A DNA stretch of 55,678 nt, taken from positions 1 through 55,678 of IMG/VR virus record IMGVR_UViG_3300021085_000038; one strand, 5' to 3'. Below, in pieces: positions 45,366 to 55,678 of the stretch. The stretch is from a virus (lineage: Duplodnaviria > Caudoviricetes). Each line of letters starts with the position of its first letter. The stretch's first letter is position 1. The notes below the pieces were generated by a model that had not been told where the DNA came from, did no database searches, and saw only the letters and a list, made by a program, of their open reading frames with translations. The translations under genes were made by a program, and so were the position numbers.

Positions 45366-45718
45366 TACTCAGCAGCCCAAGGCATTCCAGTAGCTTCGGC
45401 TGTCTTACGAGCAACTTGTGCAGTAACCTTACCCTGACGGTTTGTTTCGATACGAGTTTTTGCTTCGTCGGCTGTTTCTTCGCCTTCGATTAAGCTGTCA
45501 TATACCCAACCAAGAACTGTAGCTTCTGTTAGGTCAGCATATGCTACAAAGTCAGACGCATCTGGGTCTGGGTCTAAGCGCATCTTGCCACCTTCAACTG
45601 CCGAACAGTCTGTGTGAGTATCGTCGGATACATGACATTCCCAATAGACAGTTTTAACACCGCCTGTTGCATCGTCACGAACCATGTCGTTTATTTTCCA
45701 TGTTGTTGTTTGTGCCAT
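45365..45718 (-). CDS. Tail-fibre-associated hypothetical protein
   Basis: FVAYADLTEATVLGWV..GMPW pattern, commonly found beside marine phage fibres. Confidence 0.7.
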   Translation of the reverse strand: MAQTTTWKINDMVRDDATGGVKTVYWECHVSDDTHTDCSAVEGGKMRLDPDPDASDFVAYADLTEATVLGWVYDSLIEGEETADEAKTRIETNRQGKVTAQVARKTAEATGMPWAAE

Positions 45719-45732
45719 TGTTTGTTTATCCT

Positions 45733-46047
45733 TTATGGTTTTGTAGGCCAAACCACATCGGTTAGGCTGGTGTATGTGTCAGTGATGTCACGAAGGGCTT
45801 GGCGGTATGCTGTTTGTTCAGCGGTCATGGTACGGTCTGAGTTCGCCCACCAATCTGTTTCTGCTAAAAGTTTATCACGTTCAAAACGTAGACAATCTAA
45901 GTTGTTAGCTAATATTTCTTCATCAGATATAGTAAATGTGGGGCCAACCGAAGTTTGACTTTGCGAGGCCACTATCATTTCGTCATAATTTGGATGCCGA
46001 TATTCAATCGTGCCGTCTTCTCTTATAAATTCAACAAAGTTTTCCAT
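45733..46047 (-). CDS. Tail fibre assembly chaperone
   Basis: RFERDKLLAETDW..YRQALRDIT..WPTKP. Confidence 0.8.
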   Translation of the reverse strand: MENFVEFIREDGTIEYRHPNYDEMIVASQSQTSVGPTFTISDEEILANNLDCLRFERDKLLAETDWWANSDRTMTAEQTAYRQALRDITDTYTSLTDVVWPTKP

Positions 46048-46048
46048 C

Positions 46049-46516
46049 TTAGTATCCTGTAGTGTTATTGCTACTGCCTAAATAAGCAAGTACTGCGGCG
46101 TTCATTTGATAGTGCGTTTTTCCAGATTGAAACCAAAGCATGCCGCCCGTGTAATTGTCATTGGTTCTTACAACTATGACCACATAATTATCTGAGGAGT
46201 AATAAACATTATTTATTCCATAAGCCGAGCTACTACCCCAGTTGTTAGTGCGATAATCGTATGGACTGGTAGTACCACCATAAGTGTAAAACGAAGTACT
46301 ACTTTCAATATTCGCCCCACCATAAGCATATCCCGAAAACATAAACTTACACATTATACTACTGCTACCACCTATGTTTGTTTTAATATGTTGGTATGAG
46401 TTAACTCCTGTTGGCCCTGCGAATCCCATGCAAATTAATCCACCTTGATGCATATTAGACACTTGAAACTTTAAATCGTCACTTGTTGTTATACCCGTTG
46501 GCCCAAAACTACTCAT
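46049..46516 (-). CDS. Tail-fibre-associated beta-rich protein
   Basis: 155 aa, G/S/Y-rich, coupled to the fibre gene. Confidence 0.6.
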   Translation of the reverse strand: MSSFGPTGITTSDDLKFQVSNMHQGGLICMGFAGPTGVNSYQHIKTNIGGSSSIMCKFMFSGYAYGGANIESSTSFYTYGGTTSPYDYRTNNWGSSSAYGINNVYYSSDNYVVIVVRTNDNYTGGMLWFQSGKTHYQMNAAVLAYLGSSNNTTGY

Positions 46517-48672
46517 TATATTGCCTCCAATTCTGAGACACGTTGTTTCAGTGCCTTGATTTCGTTTGTTGCTTCTTGCAGAGCCGCTACTAGAACAGGT
46601 GTTATACGCCCGTAGTCCATGCTCATCATCTCTTCGCCACCGTCTTCGCCTGATACAGCTTCTGGGACGATCTCCTGCATTTCCTGTGCGATAAAGCCGT
46701 GTACGGAAGGAGCTTCTGGATCAGCAATCCATGTGTGCGTGACAGGCTTCATAGACATTAGTTTGTCTGTGGCATCTGCTATAGGTTCGATGTTGTCTTT
46801 AAGTCTGCGGTCTGAGGTGGTGTTGTAGGTTGTGCCAGTTGTTGAAACTGAAATGCTACCTCTGCCTCCACCATTTTTTGAGAAGTAAAAGAAGTTAGAG
46901 GTAGTTGCGCCAATTTGTTGCATATTGATCACATGATTACCATCGACGTTATGTTGTAGGTTAATTGCGTCTCCGCCATCAACTACTATGTTAAACGTAC
47001 CCGCACCCGTTGTGCCTTGGTTTGTTCCTGTCCCGAAATACTTGGCCCCATTACTACCATCGACGTAGAAAGCGTGTGTGTTGTTGTCGCTCTCAACACG
47101 GAATTCAGCATTTACGCCTCCTTCATTAAATACGGTGTGTCCCCCTGCCACTGGAGTAGTAGTAAAACGACCCTGATTAGTTAGAGCTAACCGCACATTG
47201 TTTCGTAATGAAAACTCTAAATGAGAATTACCGCTAACCCCCTCTCGCCTAGCTATAATCTCAGCGGTTGGGGTGTATACATCAATGTCTGTAAATTGTA
47301 TCTTACCGCCCTTGCCAGATTGATGTACATTAGAGCCACAATCGAGCCTCAAAAGTTCTACGGTGTTGTCTGCGCCAGAGTTTGTTCTAACATGCAGAGG
47401 AGCTTGTGGACTTGATTCAGCTACACCAACACGATTATTATTAGCATCAACAAACAGCATATGAGAGACATCGTCACTCTCGACACGGAAGTCTTGGTCG
47501 TTGCCGTCTTCATTCACGACGACAGTGCCGTTCCCAATAGACAAATGAGAAGTCATTGTGCCACCAGATGAACTAGACCAGCTATTCCCGTTGCCAAACG
47601 TCGCTCTGCCGTTGCCAACAGAAATAACAAAGGGATTGTTTGCGCCGCCGCTATCTTGGTTGCCTATCAACAGACTTTGCCCACCAGCGTTGTCTGTAAT
47701 AGCAAGAGTACCTGCGACATTGACGCGGGACGGACCACCTATGTAGCCGCCAAAAAACGTTTTTCCGCTACCCTGAATACGCAAATCCCTATCGTTTGAA
47801 ACACCAGCCTCAGTAACTTCAATCTGCATCGATCCGTTACTACCCGAACCCGTGCCATCTTCCACCATGAAGTTAGCGCGGAGGTTGGCGTTGTCTGAGT
47901 CGATCAAAACAAGTTGTGAGTTAGTTTGTGCCGACTGAGATGCTGGGGAACGAGAATAAATCCCAGGGCGCGATCCTGTAGCTATAACATCAAACGTCGC
48001 GGTGGGGTTGCTGTTATTGACACCCACTTTGTTTTGGCCTGCATCAACAAACAGCATATGCGAGTTGCTGTCACTTTCAACACGCAAGTCACCTTCTGCA
48101 TTACCTGTTTCGTTGAGTATAACCTCTCCATCAGGCTTTAACTTCATATGGTTAGTATTATTTGCGTAAAAAGCTAATGTATCATTTGAAGTTGTTCCAA
48201 AATTAAGAATATTACTACCAGCGGATAAAAATCCATTAGTAGTAGAATTATCAACATATAATGTACCTGTAAGTGAAACATTAGAATTAAACGTAGCCGC
48301 ACCCGCCGCTGACATATCAAGGGTGAGGGCTGTAACATCAGAGCCACCATCGTTGCCTATAAACTTTATGTCTTTATCTGAAGTACCTGATTGAAAAACA
48401 AAATCCCCACTTTGATTTCTAATTTGTCCGAAATCAACACCGCCATCTCTAAGTGTAATGTCGCCACCATCAGCATCAAGGATAATGTCTCCTGCAACGT
48501 CTAGTGTTAGGTTGCCAGAAGCATTGGTAATATTACCAGCTACACCTATGTTACCAGTAAAAGTGGGACTAGCCGTGGGTGCAGCACCAACAACTTCCGC
48601 AACAGAAATCTGTCCATCTGCTAGTTCAGCATTGTCAGATATTAAATTTGCTAATGTTCTTGCCTTACTCAT
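46516..48672 (-). CDS. Tail fibre 2 with C-terminal intramolecular chaperone (peptidase S74)
   Basis: Three NE.G...FRVESD..H...VD repeats; TSDRRLKDNI..GFIAQE..PEAV..MDYG. Confidence 0.88.
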   Translation of the reverse strand: MSKARTLANLISDNAELADGQISVAEVVGAAPTASPTFTGNIGVAGNITNASGNLTLDVAGDIILDADGGDITLRDGGVDFGQIRNQSGDFVFQSGTSDKDIKFIGNDGGSDVTALTLDMSAAGAATFNSNVSLTGTLYVDNSTTNGFLSAGSNILNFGTTSNDTLAFYANNTNHMKLKPDGEVILNETGNAEGDLRVESDSNSHMLFVDAGQNKVGVNNSNPTATFDVIATGSRPGIYSRSPASQSAQTNSQLVLIDSDNANLRANFMVEDGTGSGSNGSMQIEVTEAGVSNDRDLRIQGSGKTFFGGYIGGPSRVNVAGTLAITDNAGGQSLLIGNQDSGGANNPFVISVGNGRATFGNGNSWSSSSGGTMTSHLSIGNGTVVVNEDGNDQDFRVESDDVSHMLFVDANNNRVGVAESSPQAPLHVRTNSGADNTVELLRLDCGSNVHQSGKGGKIQFTDIDVYTPTAEIIARREGVSGNSHLEFSLRNNVRLALTNQGRFTTTPVAGGHTVFNEGGVNAEFRVESDNNTHAFYVDGSNGAKYFGTGTNQGTTGAGTFNIVVDGGDAINLQHNVDGNHVINMQQIGATTSNFFYFSKNGGGRGSISVSTTGTTYNTTSDRRLKDNIEPIADATDKLMSMKPVTHTWIADPEAPSVHGFIAQEMQEIVPEAVSGEDGGEEMMSMDYGRITPVLVAALQEATNEIKALKQRVSELEAI

Positions 48673-48697
48673 GTTGGCTAATCCCTCTTATTGTAAT

Positions 48698-48922
48698 TTA
48701 AGCTGCTTCTTCTACTGGCGGTGTTTCCAGTGATGTAGCGAGCATTTTGACGAAAGCTTCTCTACCAATGCCTAGCTGATCTAGGTTAAATTGCGTTGTA
48801 GAAATCTTCCGATCTAAGTCGGTGATATGGTTGATCATAGTCTTTTGCTGATCAGTCATACCTTCAATTTCGTATTCTTTATCATTTACCGTTATAGTTG
48901 GGTTTTTTTCTGTTTTTCCCAT
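48698..48922 (-). CDS. Hypothetical fibre-associated protein
   Basis: 74 aa; AGGAG RBS. Confidence 0.7.
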   Translation of the reverse strand: MGKTEKNPTITVNDKEYEIEGMTDQQKTMINHITDLDRKISTTQFNLDQLGIGREAFVKMLATSLETPPVEEAA

Positions 48923-48945
48923 TATAAACTCCTTTAAGTTTGTGG

Positions 48946-49233
48946 TTAGGGGGTTTCTGAAGCCGCTTCTGCTTCAGCGTTTTGTTGTTCGGCTGTCTTA
49001 GCCCAACCTCTTGTGAAAGCATCTGCTACGATCAACTCTCTTGTTGCTGGTATAGCTACGCCTTCATCTAATGCACGATTGGTATACATTGAGATGATTT
49101 CATCGTTAGCTATTCTTGCTTGATTATGCAGAGCATTGTCAGCAAAATCTTGTGGATTACTTTTGTATTCTAATCCTTTTAGCTGTGTCTCTGTTATTGT
49201 TACTGTTATTGTTGGCATTTTTGTATACTCCAT
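48946..49233 (-). CDS. Hypothetical fibre-associated protein
   Basis: 95 aa directly after the long fibre. Confidence 0.7.
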   Translation of the reverse strand: MEYTKMPTITVTITETQLKGLEYKSNPQDFADNALHNQARIANDEIISMYTNRALDEGVAIPATRELIVADAFTRGWAKTAEQQNAEAEAASETP

Positions 49234-52200
49234 TTAGCCTATTAAAAAGCCTGTAAAATTACTTTCCCCACCTACATGGATGCCAGGTATATTGGCATAA
49301 CACGTTACCCATTCATTCGCATTTAGTTGCACTACAGCACTACCAGAAATTTGAAGATACCCGTAAGCGTGTGTGCTGTTATCATTTACATACGAATATT
49401 GAGCGTGATAGCTGTCATTTTTTCGTATTGAGAAAAATCCTGTGCCATTATAGCTATCATCCCATAAAAGATTATACGCAAAGTAATAGTGTCCCGTCAC
49501 AGGCGCAGTGAACCGTCCATTGGTACTATTGTAATGATTTCCATTATTGAAGGGTTTCGTCGCAAACACTAGGTTTCTAGCAGTGTTTGTACCACCGTCA
49601 TGATAACCACCGTTACTTGGTGAACGGGCTGTGAAAGATGGCTGATACGGCATTGTGACACGGCCTGATGAGTCGATGCGCATACGTTCTGTGTTAGATG
49701 TAGTCCCAGTGAGAAAACTTATCCTCATTGGGACATTACCAGAACTTACCGCACCATCAACAGCCACAGTCATGCTTGCTCGTTGCTGATACGAGCTACC
49801 ATCGTGTCCAGAAAAGTGAATCTGCCCCACTGCTGAATTATTTGTCTTGGCTGTTGGAGACGCAAAAGTTCCGTTAGTGGAGAAGAATCTCATGTCGTTA
49901 CCGCTGTTTCCAGAGCGATATGTGTGAGGCCCTGCTTCTCCTACACTTTTAAGGGTCGTTGTTCCTCCTTCAACAAGCAAACCACCAGCATTTACATTAC
50001 CTGATAGGTGTAGGTCTTTGAAGCGGCCATCACTGTCACCTAAATCTATAGCAGCATCAGTTCTTACGTCATTTTTTACAGGACGAATTACATCATTATT
50101 CTGGAAAGATAGGCCGCTGACTTTACCTATATGTAAATTACCCACTACCGTAGAGATACTACCTGCAATTGAGCCGTCTTTGCGGAACTGCATAATTCCA
50201 CCGTCGTTTCCTATACGATTAGAAACAATCGGTGTAGCCTGATAACGAGAATTGTATATTGAACCGTTTTCACGTAGAGCAATACCAAAACCAGTGGATG
50301 CTGAGTTATCGTAAGGATCAGTATCAGTAGTACCCACCAACAAGTTTCCTGACGAGTCTATGCGCATGGCTTCTGAGCCGTTGGTTTTAAACTTGGTTAA
50401 AGTACCACTTTCTAAGTTTAACTCTGTGGGCTGTGCTGAACCCCCACCAATATATATATTATTACTTGAGGATTGGACAGATATTACGCCGTGACCATTA
50501 AACAACAAGTTGCCATTCTGCTCAAATCTTATTTTTTCCGCACCGCTATCATTGGATATAATTAAATCATTAGTCTTCATCCCAAGGTACATACGATAGT
50601 TGCCAGTGGTTTGTGCAAACCTTAACTGCGGCTGTGTTGTGTGAGCTATATTTATTGCTGCTCCAGTGTTAGAAGCTGTGCTTGTATCTAAAATATCTAA
50701 ATTAAAACTAGGCGAACTCGTACCCAACCCAAGCCGTTCATCAGCCGCATCCCAATGGAACTTAGCAGTTGTGCCTGTGTCTTCGTAGAAGCTGATGTCG
50801 CCTGTGTCATCTATACGCATATGACGTAAAAAGTTAGTTCCGTCCCACGATGCAAACTGTAGGTACGGGGCAAGACCTGTTTGATTGTTAAAACCAATTG
50901 TACTTTCACCAATAGAATTACTTTTGTTCCAGTTGAGGAATAACCCCTTGTCCCCAGAAGGGTTTGCCCCAGCACCATTTGTATTTATGTATACATAGCC
51001 ACTTCCATCCACAGTCAGCCCATCGCTGGTCACTGTGCCAGTTATATCAAGATTACCTGTGTGTGTTGGTTGAACATAACGTGCATCTGATGCAGTTCTT
51101 GTGTAATGATCTGCAAGAGCAAACGTACCATAAGCTACAATATCAACTACATCATTTACTGATGCACCTGATGCTAATGTAATGCTTGTACCATTTGTAG
51201 CTGTGAAGTCTGTGCCAGATAATAATTTGACCCCATTCAAAAATGTATCAATATAGCCAGAATCGTAAGTAGCAGCAAAGACTGTTTGACCTGCCGTAGC
51301 TGTATAAGTCACACGATTTGATGTGCCATTTACTGACGAACCTGCATTTGTCCAACCAGATGAAGAGTAGACTTTCATAGCATTAGCTACTGTATCAAAA
51401 TACAGATCACCAACATCTAAAGCTGACCCATCTGGGTCTTGCGTGGGGGCTGAACTTTGTGCGCCAAGGTATTGATTTTGGAATGTGGATAACGATGTAG
51501 CCGCTGCATTCTTGCTAGTTAAGGCCGCCGCCGCTGAATTACTTGCATTTGTTTCGCTTGTAGCCGCATTGGATTCTGAAGTTGCAGCATTGGAAGCTGA
51601 TGTCGCCGCCGCTGTACTGCTACCAAGGATACCATCTACATACGTTTTATTAGTGACATCAGTACCAGCAGTAGGTGTAGCAAGACCAGTGATCTTATTG
51701 TTACCCATAGCCAATGCGCCAGACATTGTATCGCCTGTCTTAGCTACACGAGTATCTCTCTGTGTATCTGTATATGCTTTTGTAGCTACGTCTTGTGCTG
51801 ATGTAGGATCACCTGCACCTGTAATCTTGTTGGTACTCATTGCGATAGCACCTGTCATAGTGCCACCAGCTTTTGGTAGTTTAGTCGCAATGGAGTTAGT
51901 TACTGTAGTGCTGAAGTCATCATCATCATTAAGAGCATCAGCTAGTTCACCTAGCGTATCAAGCCCTGCCCCTGCATCTCCAATCAACGTAGATATTTCA
52001 TCATCTACATACTTCTTAGTTGCGGCATCAAGATCATTAGTTGGAGCAGTAAGGTTTTGGATAGTAGCTGATGTACCAGCATTCATGTTTAACGTACCAT
52101 CAATAGTTACGTTAGTGAATGTAGATGTACCAGAACCTGCAGTTACATTACCAGTTAGGTTTCCAGTGACGTTACCTGTAACATCTCCTGTTACGTTGCC

Positions 52201-53241
52201 AGTAACATTACCACTTACGTTTCCTGTAAGCGATCCAGTGATACCGCCAGAAGCAGTTAGTGTAGTAAATGCGCCAGTGGATGCAGAGTTAGCACCTATC
52301 GTAGAACCGTCTATAGAGCCACCGTTAATGTCAGCAGTAGCTAGGGTAGCTTGGCCTGTTGTAGACAGCGTTGTGAAGCTACCTGCGGCTCTTGTAGAAG
52401 CACCTATTACCGTACCATCTATGTTACCGCCGTTAATGTCTACAGTAGCAAGAGTTGATGTACCTGATGCACCTAGAGTAGTGAATGCACCTGTGCTTGG
52501 AGTAGTTGCACCTAGTGCAGCACCATCTATCGTACCACCATTAATATCCGCAGTAGCGGCAACTAAGGATGTACTAGCATTAAGTGTAGTAAAAGTACCT
52601 GCCGCTGGTGTAGCTGAACCAATTACAGCATTATCAATAGCACCAGAGTTAAGGTCAACTGATGTAATAGTTGTAGTACCAGTAGCTGATAAATTGGCAA
52701 AAGTAGCAAGACCAGTGAATGCAGATGTACCCGTAGTCGTAAGTGTACCACCGATTGCTACGTTACCTGCTGCCGCAATACCACCACTTAGGAATAAATC
52801 TTGGAAGCGTGTAGAGTTGTTACCTAAGTCTACAGTGTTATTAGATGCAGGAAGTATAGCATTACCGCTATCAACTTGTACTAGCTCACGCCAAACGGCT
52901 GCGCCAGAACTATTACCTACACAGATATATACACGGCCTGTAGCAGAGTTCTCCCAGATAGAACCTGGTGCATACCCATCGCCACTATCATCATTAGCTG
53001 TAGGAACAGAGTTTGTTACGTTGTTACGACCACCAACACCACCATGTACTAATGGGAGATATCCACTGACAGAAGTTGTTAATGGTATCTTAGGAGCATC
53101 TCCTGTACCACCTGTATGTCCGTGTCCTGATGATGCATTAAACGCAGCTAGTAGCTGGTTAAATTCTGCATTAATTGGTGGCGCTGTAATACTAGAACCA
53201 TTTATAATACTAGCAGTTGATTGCCGAGTGTAACCTGCCAT
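49234..53241 (-). CDS. Tail fibre 1 with C1q-like C-terminal domain
   Basis: MAGYTRQ anchor; DINGG, GNVT and DAATKKYVD repeats; MRIDSSG; N.GNHYNSTNGRFTAPVTGHYYF..FTGFLIG. Confidence 0.88.
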   Translation of the reverse strand: MAGYTRQSTASIINGSSITAPPINAEFNQLLAAFNASSGHGHTGGTGDAPKIPLTTSVSGYLPLVHGGVGGRNNVTNSVPTANDDSGDGYAPGSIWENSATGRVYICVGNSSGAAVWRELVQVDSGNAILPASNNTVDLGNNSTRFQDLFLSGGIAAAGNVAIGGTLTTTGTSAFTGLATFANLSATGTTTITSVDLNSGAIDNAVIGSATPAAGTFTTLNASTSLVAATADINGGTIDGAALGATTPSTGAFTTLGASGTSTLATVDINGGNIDGTVIGASTRAAGSFTTLSTTGQATLATADINGGSIDGSTIGANSASTGAFTTLTASGGITGSLTGNVSGNVTGNVTGDVTGNVTGNLTGNVTAGSGTSTFTNVTIDGTLNMNAGTSATIQNLTAPTNDLDAATKKYVDDEISTLIGDAGAGLDTLGELADALNDDDDFSTTVTNSIATKLPKAGGTMTGAIAMSTNKITGAGDPTSAQDVATKAYTDTQRDTRVAKTGDTMSGALAMGNNKITGLATPTAGTDVTNKTYVDGILGSSTAAATSASNAATSESNAATSETNASNSAAAALTSKNAAATSLSTFQNQYLGAQSSAPTQDPDGSALDVGDLYFDTVANAMKVYSSSGWTNAGSSVNGTSNRVTYTATAGQTVFAATYDSGYIDTFLNGVKLLSGTDFTATNGTSITLASGASVNDVVDIVAYGTFALADHYTRTASDARYVQPTHTGNLDITGTVTSDGLTVDGSGYVYINTNGAGANPSGDKGLFLNWNKSNSIGESTIGFNNQTGLAPYLQFASWDGTNFLRHMRIDDTGDISFYEDTGTTAKFHWDAADERLGLGTSSPSFNLDILDTSTASNTGAAINIAHTTQPQLRFAQTTGNYRMYLGMKTNDLIISNDSGAEKIRFEQNGNLLFNGHGVISVQSSSNNIYIGGGSAQPTELNLESGTLTKFKTNGSEAMRIDSSGNLLVGTTDTDPYDNSASTGFGIALRENGSIYNSRYQATPIVSNRIGNDGGIMQFRKDGSIAGSISTVVGNLHIGKVSGLSFQNNDVIRPVKNDVRTDAAIDLGDSDGRFKDLHLSGNVNAGGLLVEGGTTTLKSVGEAGPHTYRSGNSGNDMRFFSTNGTFASPTAKTNNSAVGQIHFSGHDGSSYQQRASMTVAVDGAVSSGNVPMRISFLTGTTSNTERMRIDSSGRVTMPYQPSFTARSPSNGGYHDGGTNTARNLVFATKPFNNGNHYNSTNGRFTAPVTGHYYFAYNLLWDDSYNGTGFFSIRKNDSYHAQYSYVNDNSTHAYGYLQISGSAVVQLNANEWVTCYANIPGIHVGGESNFTGFLIG

Positions 53242-53244
53242 TTT

Positions 53245-54921
53245 TTATCTTCTCCCTGCCGCACTAAATTCGAAGACTAAGCCTTGAATTGAGAATGGTT
53301 CTGATTGTCCGTCTGTCACAAAAGTAGCTCGAACTGAAAAGCCCGAACCTTGAATATCCGATGTCATGATCGGTTTGGATGCACCGCCGTAAATCACGTT
53401 TGCTCCACTATAAGTAATATTACGCCCAGCGTAGATCGTAGGCGCACCAGCAGATGTCTGCGTATATGTAGAAGGTACTGATGTATTGTAATCGCCCCAA
53501 TCATAATCAATAGCGAGGTTCATCTCGAATGGCCCTTCGGCACGTATGAATGTATTTAGTTTTCGAATAACTTTTCGTTGTTCTGTCTCACCGAAATCTA
53601 GATAAGGTGTAGCGTAAACAGATATAATATTAGAGCCGTTAAAGCTCGTTCCATTTTCTTGGCGATAGACTTTACCATCATGATCTCCGTGTAAAATAAG
53701 TTCGTCTGTGCCTACATAATCAGACGTTGCACAGCTTGCTCGTATGCCTAGTAGCTCACCAAATTCCCACTCAATTGAACCTGAAGTGTCAGTCAGTCCA
53801 CCAATGATACCGATAGCATCTGTAGCAGCTACAACAGTCCCACTATTGGTTGTGGTAACAAAGTACCGTACCTGTGACTTAGAACGTATAACAACGCCTG
53901 TTAAAGCGTCCATGTCTTCGTTCTTAATAAGATCAACAAGTGTAGATTGTATTGGCTTAGATAAAGTTTCTAGCTCGATATCGCCAACTCTAGAAGTACC
54001 AGCAACAGGTCTAAACCCATCAGGAGACAGGAACATTAAGTCTCCACCGATCTCTAGTACGCTATCTCTAGCCACGCAGCCGATGTTACTTGTTACGTTC
54101 TCTAATGCAAAAGCATTTGATGCACTAACTGTAATCTTCTTGATATTCTTATTACCAAATACAAATAGATTATCACGGAATGGTTTGATCTGTACGACAT
54201 CAAAGCCAGCCGCTATCTGTCCACCCCCTGCTGCAACTGTCCAGGTATAAGGATCGTTTGGTGCAGAGTGTGCTATAGCCGCCCTACTAGCTTCATGACC
54301 ACCTAAGAACAAATGGTTTTCAAATACATCTACTAGCGCAGGAGCATTAAGCGCTTGTGCGCCCCCTGCTGTGTTATTGGATGCATGATAGCCTCCAGCG
54401 TGAGATGACTTTAGCTCTTTCCAATCTGTACCGTTAAATATAATCGCTTCGTTAACACCATCTACAAAGCATATCTTATTACCAGTACCGAAGTTAAACT
54501 GTTGGTGTCGTAGTCTGTTAACAGTTAGGCCGTTTGCGGTCATAGATCGTGTAACACCGTGATCTAAGGTAAACTTACGCCATCCTATAAAAGCAGTATA
54601 ATAGTAGAAGCTGTAAGTACTAGCACCTGCGTCTTGTCGTGCAGCTATGATAGTTGTGCTGTTGGTAACGTCATTCTTAAAGATGGCAATACCAAGTACT
54701 TTACCTTGACCTGTAGATGCACCTGCTACCGTTACTTCACCATAGTCAGGATCGTATTCATCATAACCCTCTACACGACGATAGCCGCCAAAGAGGCTCG
54801 GCTCAAAGTTCAACATACGTGTAGCTGCGCCTGGACTGTTATCCGATAAATCTAAATGATTTTCATTGGAGTTCAGGCCACCTGCGCATACAAGTTTGAA
54901 GGACTGTATTTGATCTGGCAT
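53245..54921 (-). CDS. Tail tubular protein B / nozzle (beta-propeller)
   Basis: 558 aa after the adaptor; GGLN, IGCVARDS and TPYLDFG..RK motifs. Confidence 0.75.
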   Translation of the reverse strand: MPDQIQSFKLVCAGGLNSNENHLDLSDNSPGAATRMLNFEPSLFGGYRRVEGYDEYDPDYGEVTVAGASTGQGKVLGIAIFKNDVTNSTTIIAARQDAGASTYSFYYYTAFIGWRKFTLDHGVTRSMTANGLTVNRLRHQQFNFGTGNKICFVDGVNEAIIFNGTDWKELKSSHAGGYHASNNTAGGAQALNAPALVDVFENHLFLGGHEASRAAIAHSAPNDPYTWTVAAGGGQIAAGFDVVQIKPFRDNLFVFGNKNIKKITVSASNAFALENVTSNIGCVARDSVLEIGGDLMFLSPDGFRPVAGTSRVGDIELETLSKPIQSTLVDLIKNEDMDALTGVVIRSKSQVRYFVTTTNSGTVVAATDAIGIIGGLTDTSGSIEWEFGELLGIRASCATSDYVGTDELILHGDHDGKVYRQENGTSFNGSNIISVYATPYLDFGETEQRKVIRKLNTFIRAEGPFEMNLAIDYDWGDYNTSVPSTYTQTSAGAPTIYAGRNITYSGANVIYGGASKPIMTSDIQGSGFSVRATFVTDGQSEPFSIQGLVFEFSAAGRR

Positions 54922-55678
54922 TAATACTTAACCCGTGTATCACGAATGTATTCGTAATTATTAATGTATAAGGTTTGTAAGTCTTTGATACCTTTTTCAA
55001 AGGCCATGAACGAAGCCTGAGAAGATTCAAGATTATCTTTAAACATATAGAGATGATATAAAGCACCATCTACTAAGACAGTATCATAGCTATCAGGAAT
55101 ACGTGTAACATCATCTGCTGCTGAGATATCAGAGTAGTTCTGATAATATCTGAATTTTAATGTGTATGCTTTATCAGGCGATGGGCTTACACCGTAGCCA
55201 TTACCATGAGAAGGGAATACAAAGCGTGGAACACTGATACCATCAGTACCTGATGAATAATCATTGTCTCTGTGGTTCTTATACCACTCGTCACGTTCTA
55301 TGTATTTTAGCGTAGTGTAACTTACACCTAGTGCTGTATCTTCTTGGATTTGAAAGCTGTTCCAATCAGCTATTTTATAAAAAGAAGGCCATGAATATTC
55401 TTCCTGACCTACAACCAATGTATCTGTTTCTTCAGCGGCATTAAAAGGCCACTCGAACTCAGCTTGGTTTATCTTAGCAACCGCTGCTTTCACTGCATCC
55501 TTAACCAATGCTTGAACGCCAGTAACTGAATCAAAAGCACCTTCCGCAACTTCAACTTCGTTTAGTCGGCGTAGTACTTGATTACATAAACTTATATAGG
55601 TGCTAGGCATATTGTACCCTTAGATAGAGGAATGGGGCTAACAGATTAGCCAGCCCCATAAAAAGTTTAAGCTGCGTT
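54338..55678. repeat. Terminal overlap, copy 2
   Basis: Collinear with 1-1341. Confidence 0.95.
54921..55610 (-). CDS. Head-tail adaptor / tail tubular protein A (second allele)
   Basis: 229 aa; differs from 584-1273, e.g. VAEGAFDSVT vs LVEGDFASAS. Confidence 0.75.
   Translation of the reverse strand: MPSTYISLCNQVLRRLNEVEVAEGAFDSVTGVQALVKDAVKAAVAKINQAEFEWPFNAAEETDTLVVGQEEYSWPSFYKIADWNSFQIQEDTALGVSYTTLKYIERDEWYKNHRDNDYSSGTDGISVPRFVFPSHGNGYGVSPSPDKAYTLKFRYYQNYSDISAADDVTRIPDSYDTVLVDGALYHLYMFKDNLESSQASFMAFEKGIKDLQTLYINNYEYIRDTRVKY

Noticed and set aside
51485-53233. 582-aa + strand ORF
   Set aside because: Antisense shadow of the repetitive Gly/Thr/Ala-rich tail fibre, with no RBS or motif. 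Most other short opposite-strand ORFs were rejected for the same reason.
54338-55678. True direct terminal repeat or DGR template/variable repeat pair
   Set aside because: The copies differ at all base types, mostly synonymously; no reverse transcriptase is present; the 127-nt identical end points to assembly.

Overview
The window is essentially one complete, circularly permuted genome of a temperate marine podovirus, about 54.3 kb per unit. Positions 1-1341 recur, diverged, at 54338-55678. It looks HMO-2011-type: PolA with a DnaJ-type Zn finger, separate primase and helicase, NrdJ, MazG, a tyrosine integrase, and an attP matching the 3' half of initiator tRNA-Met. The host is probably alphaproteobacterial (inference). 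The genome has two arms that converge at ~29.05 kb: a + strand integration/replication arm (15.5-28.95 kb) and a - strand arm with early, packaging, head, tail, lysis and ejection genes. Main unexpected signals: (1) an ORF-less 248-nt group I intron splits the major capsid gene. (2) A candidate small RNA at ~29.0 kb is complementary to the ribosome-binding regions of three genes in the AT-rich region ~14-15 kb away. (3) A second candidate sRNA with anti-Shine-Dalgarno sequences lies divergent from the integrase. (4) A cassette of signal-peptide proteins, including pilin-like and chaperone-like members, sits between the tail fibres and the lysis genes. (5) An HlyC-type acyltransferase precedes the ejection proteins. 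(6) A C5 methyltransferase has an overprinted second subunit. (7) A TGCCACYTWRT operator recurs at many promoters. All family assignments are by eye from motifs; no searches were run.
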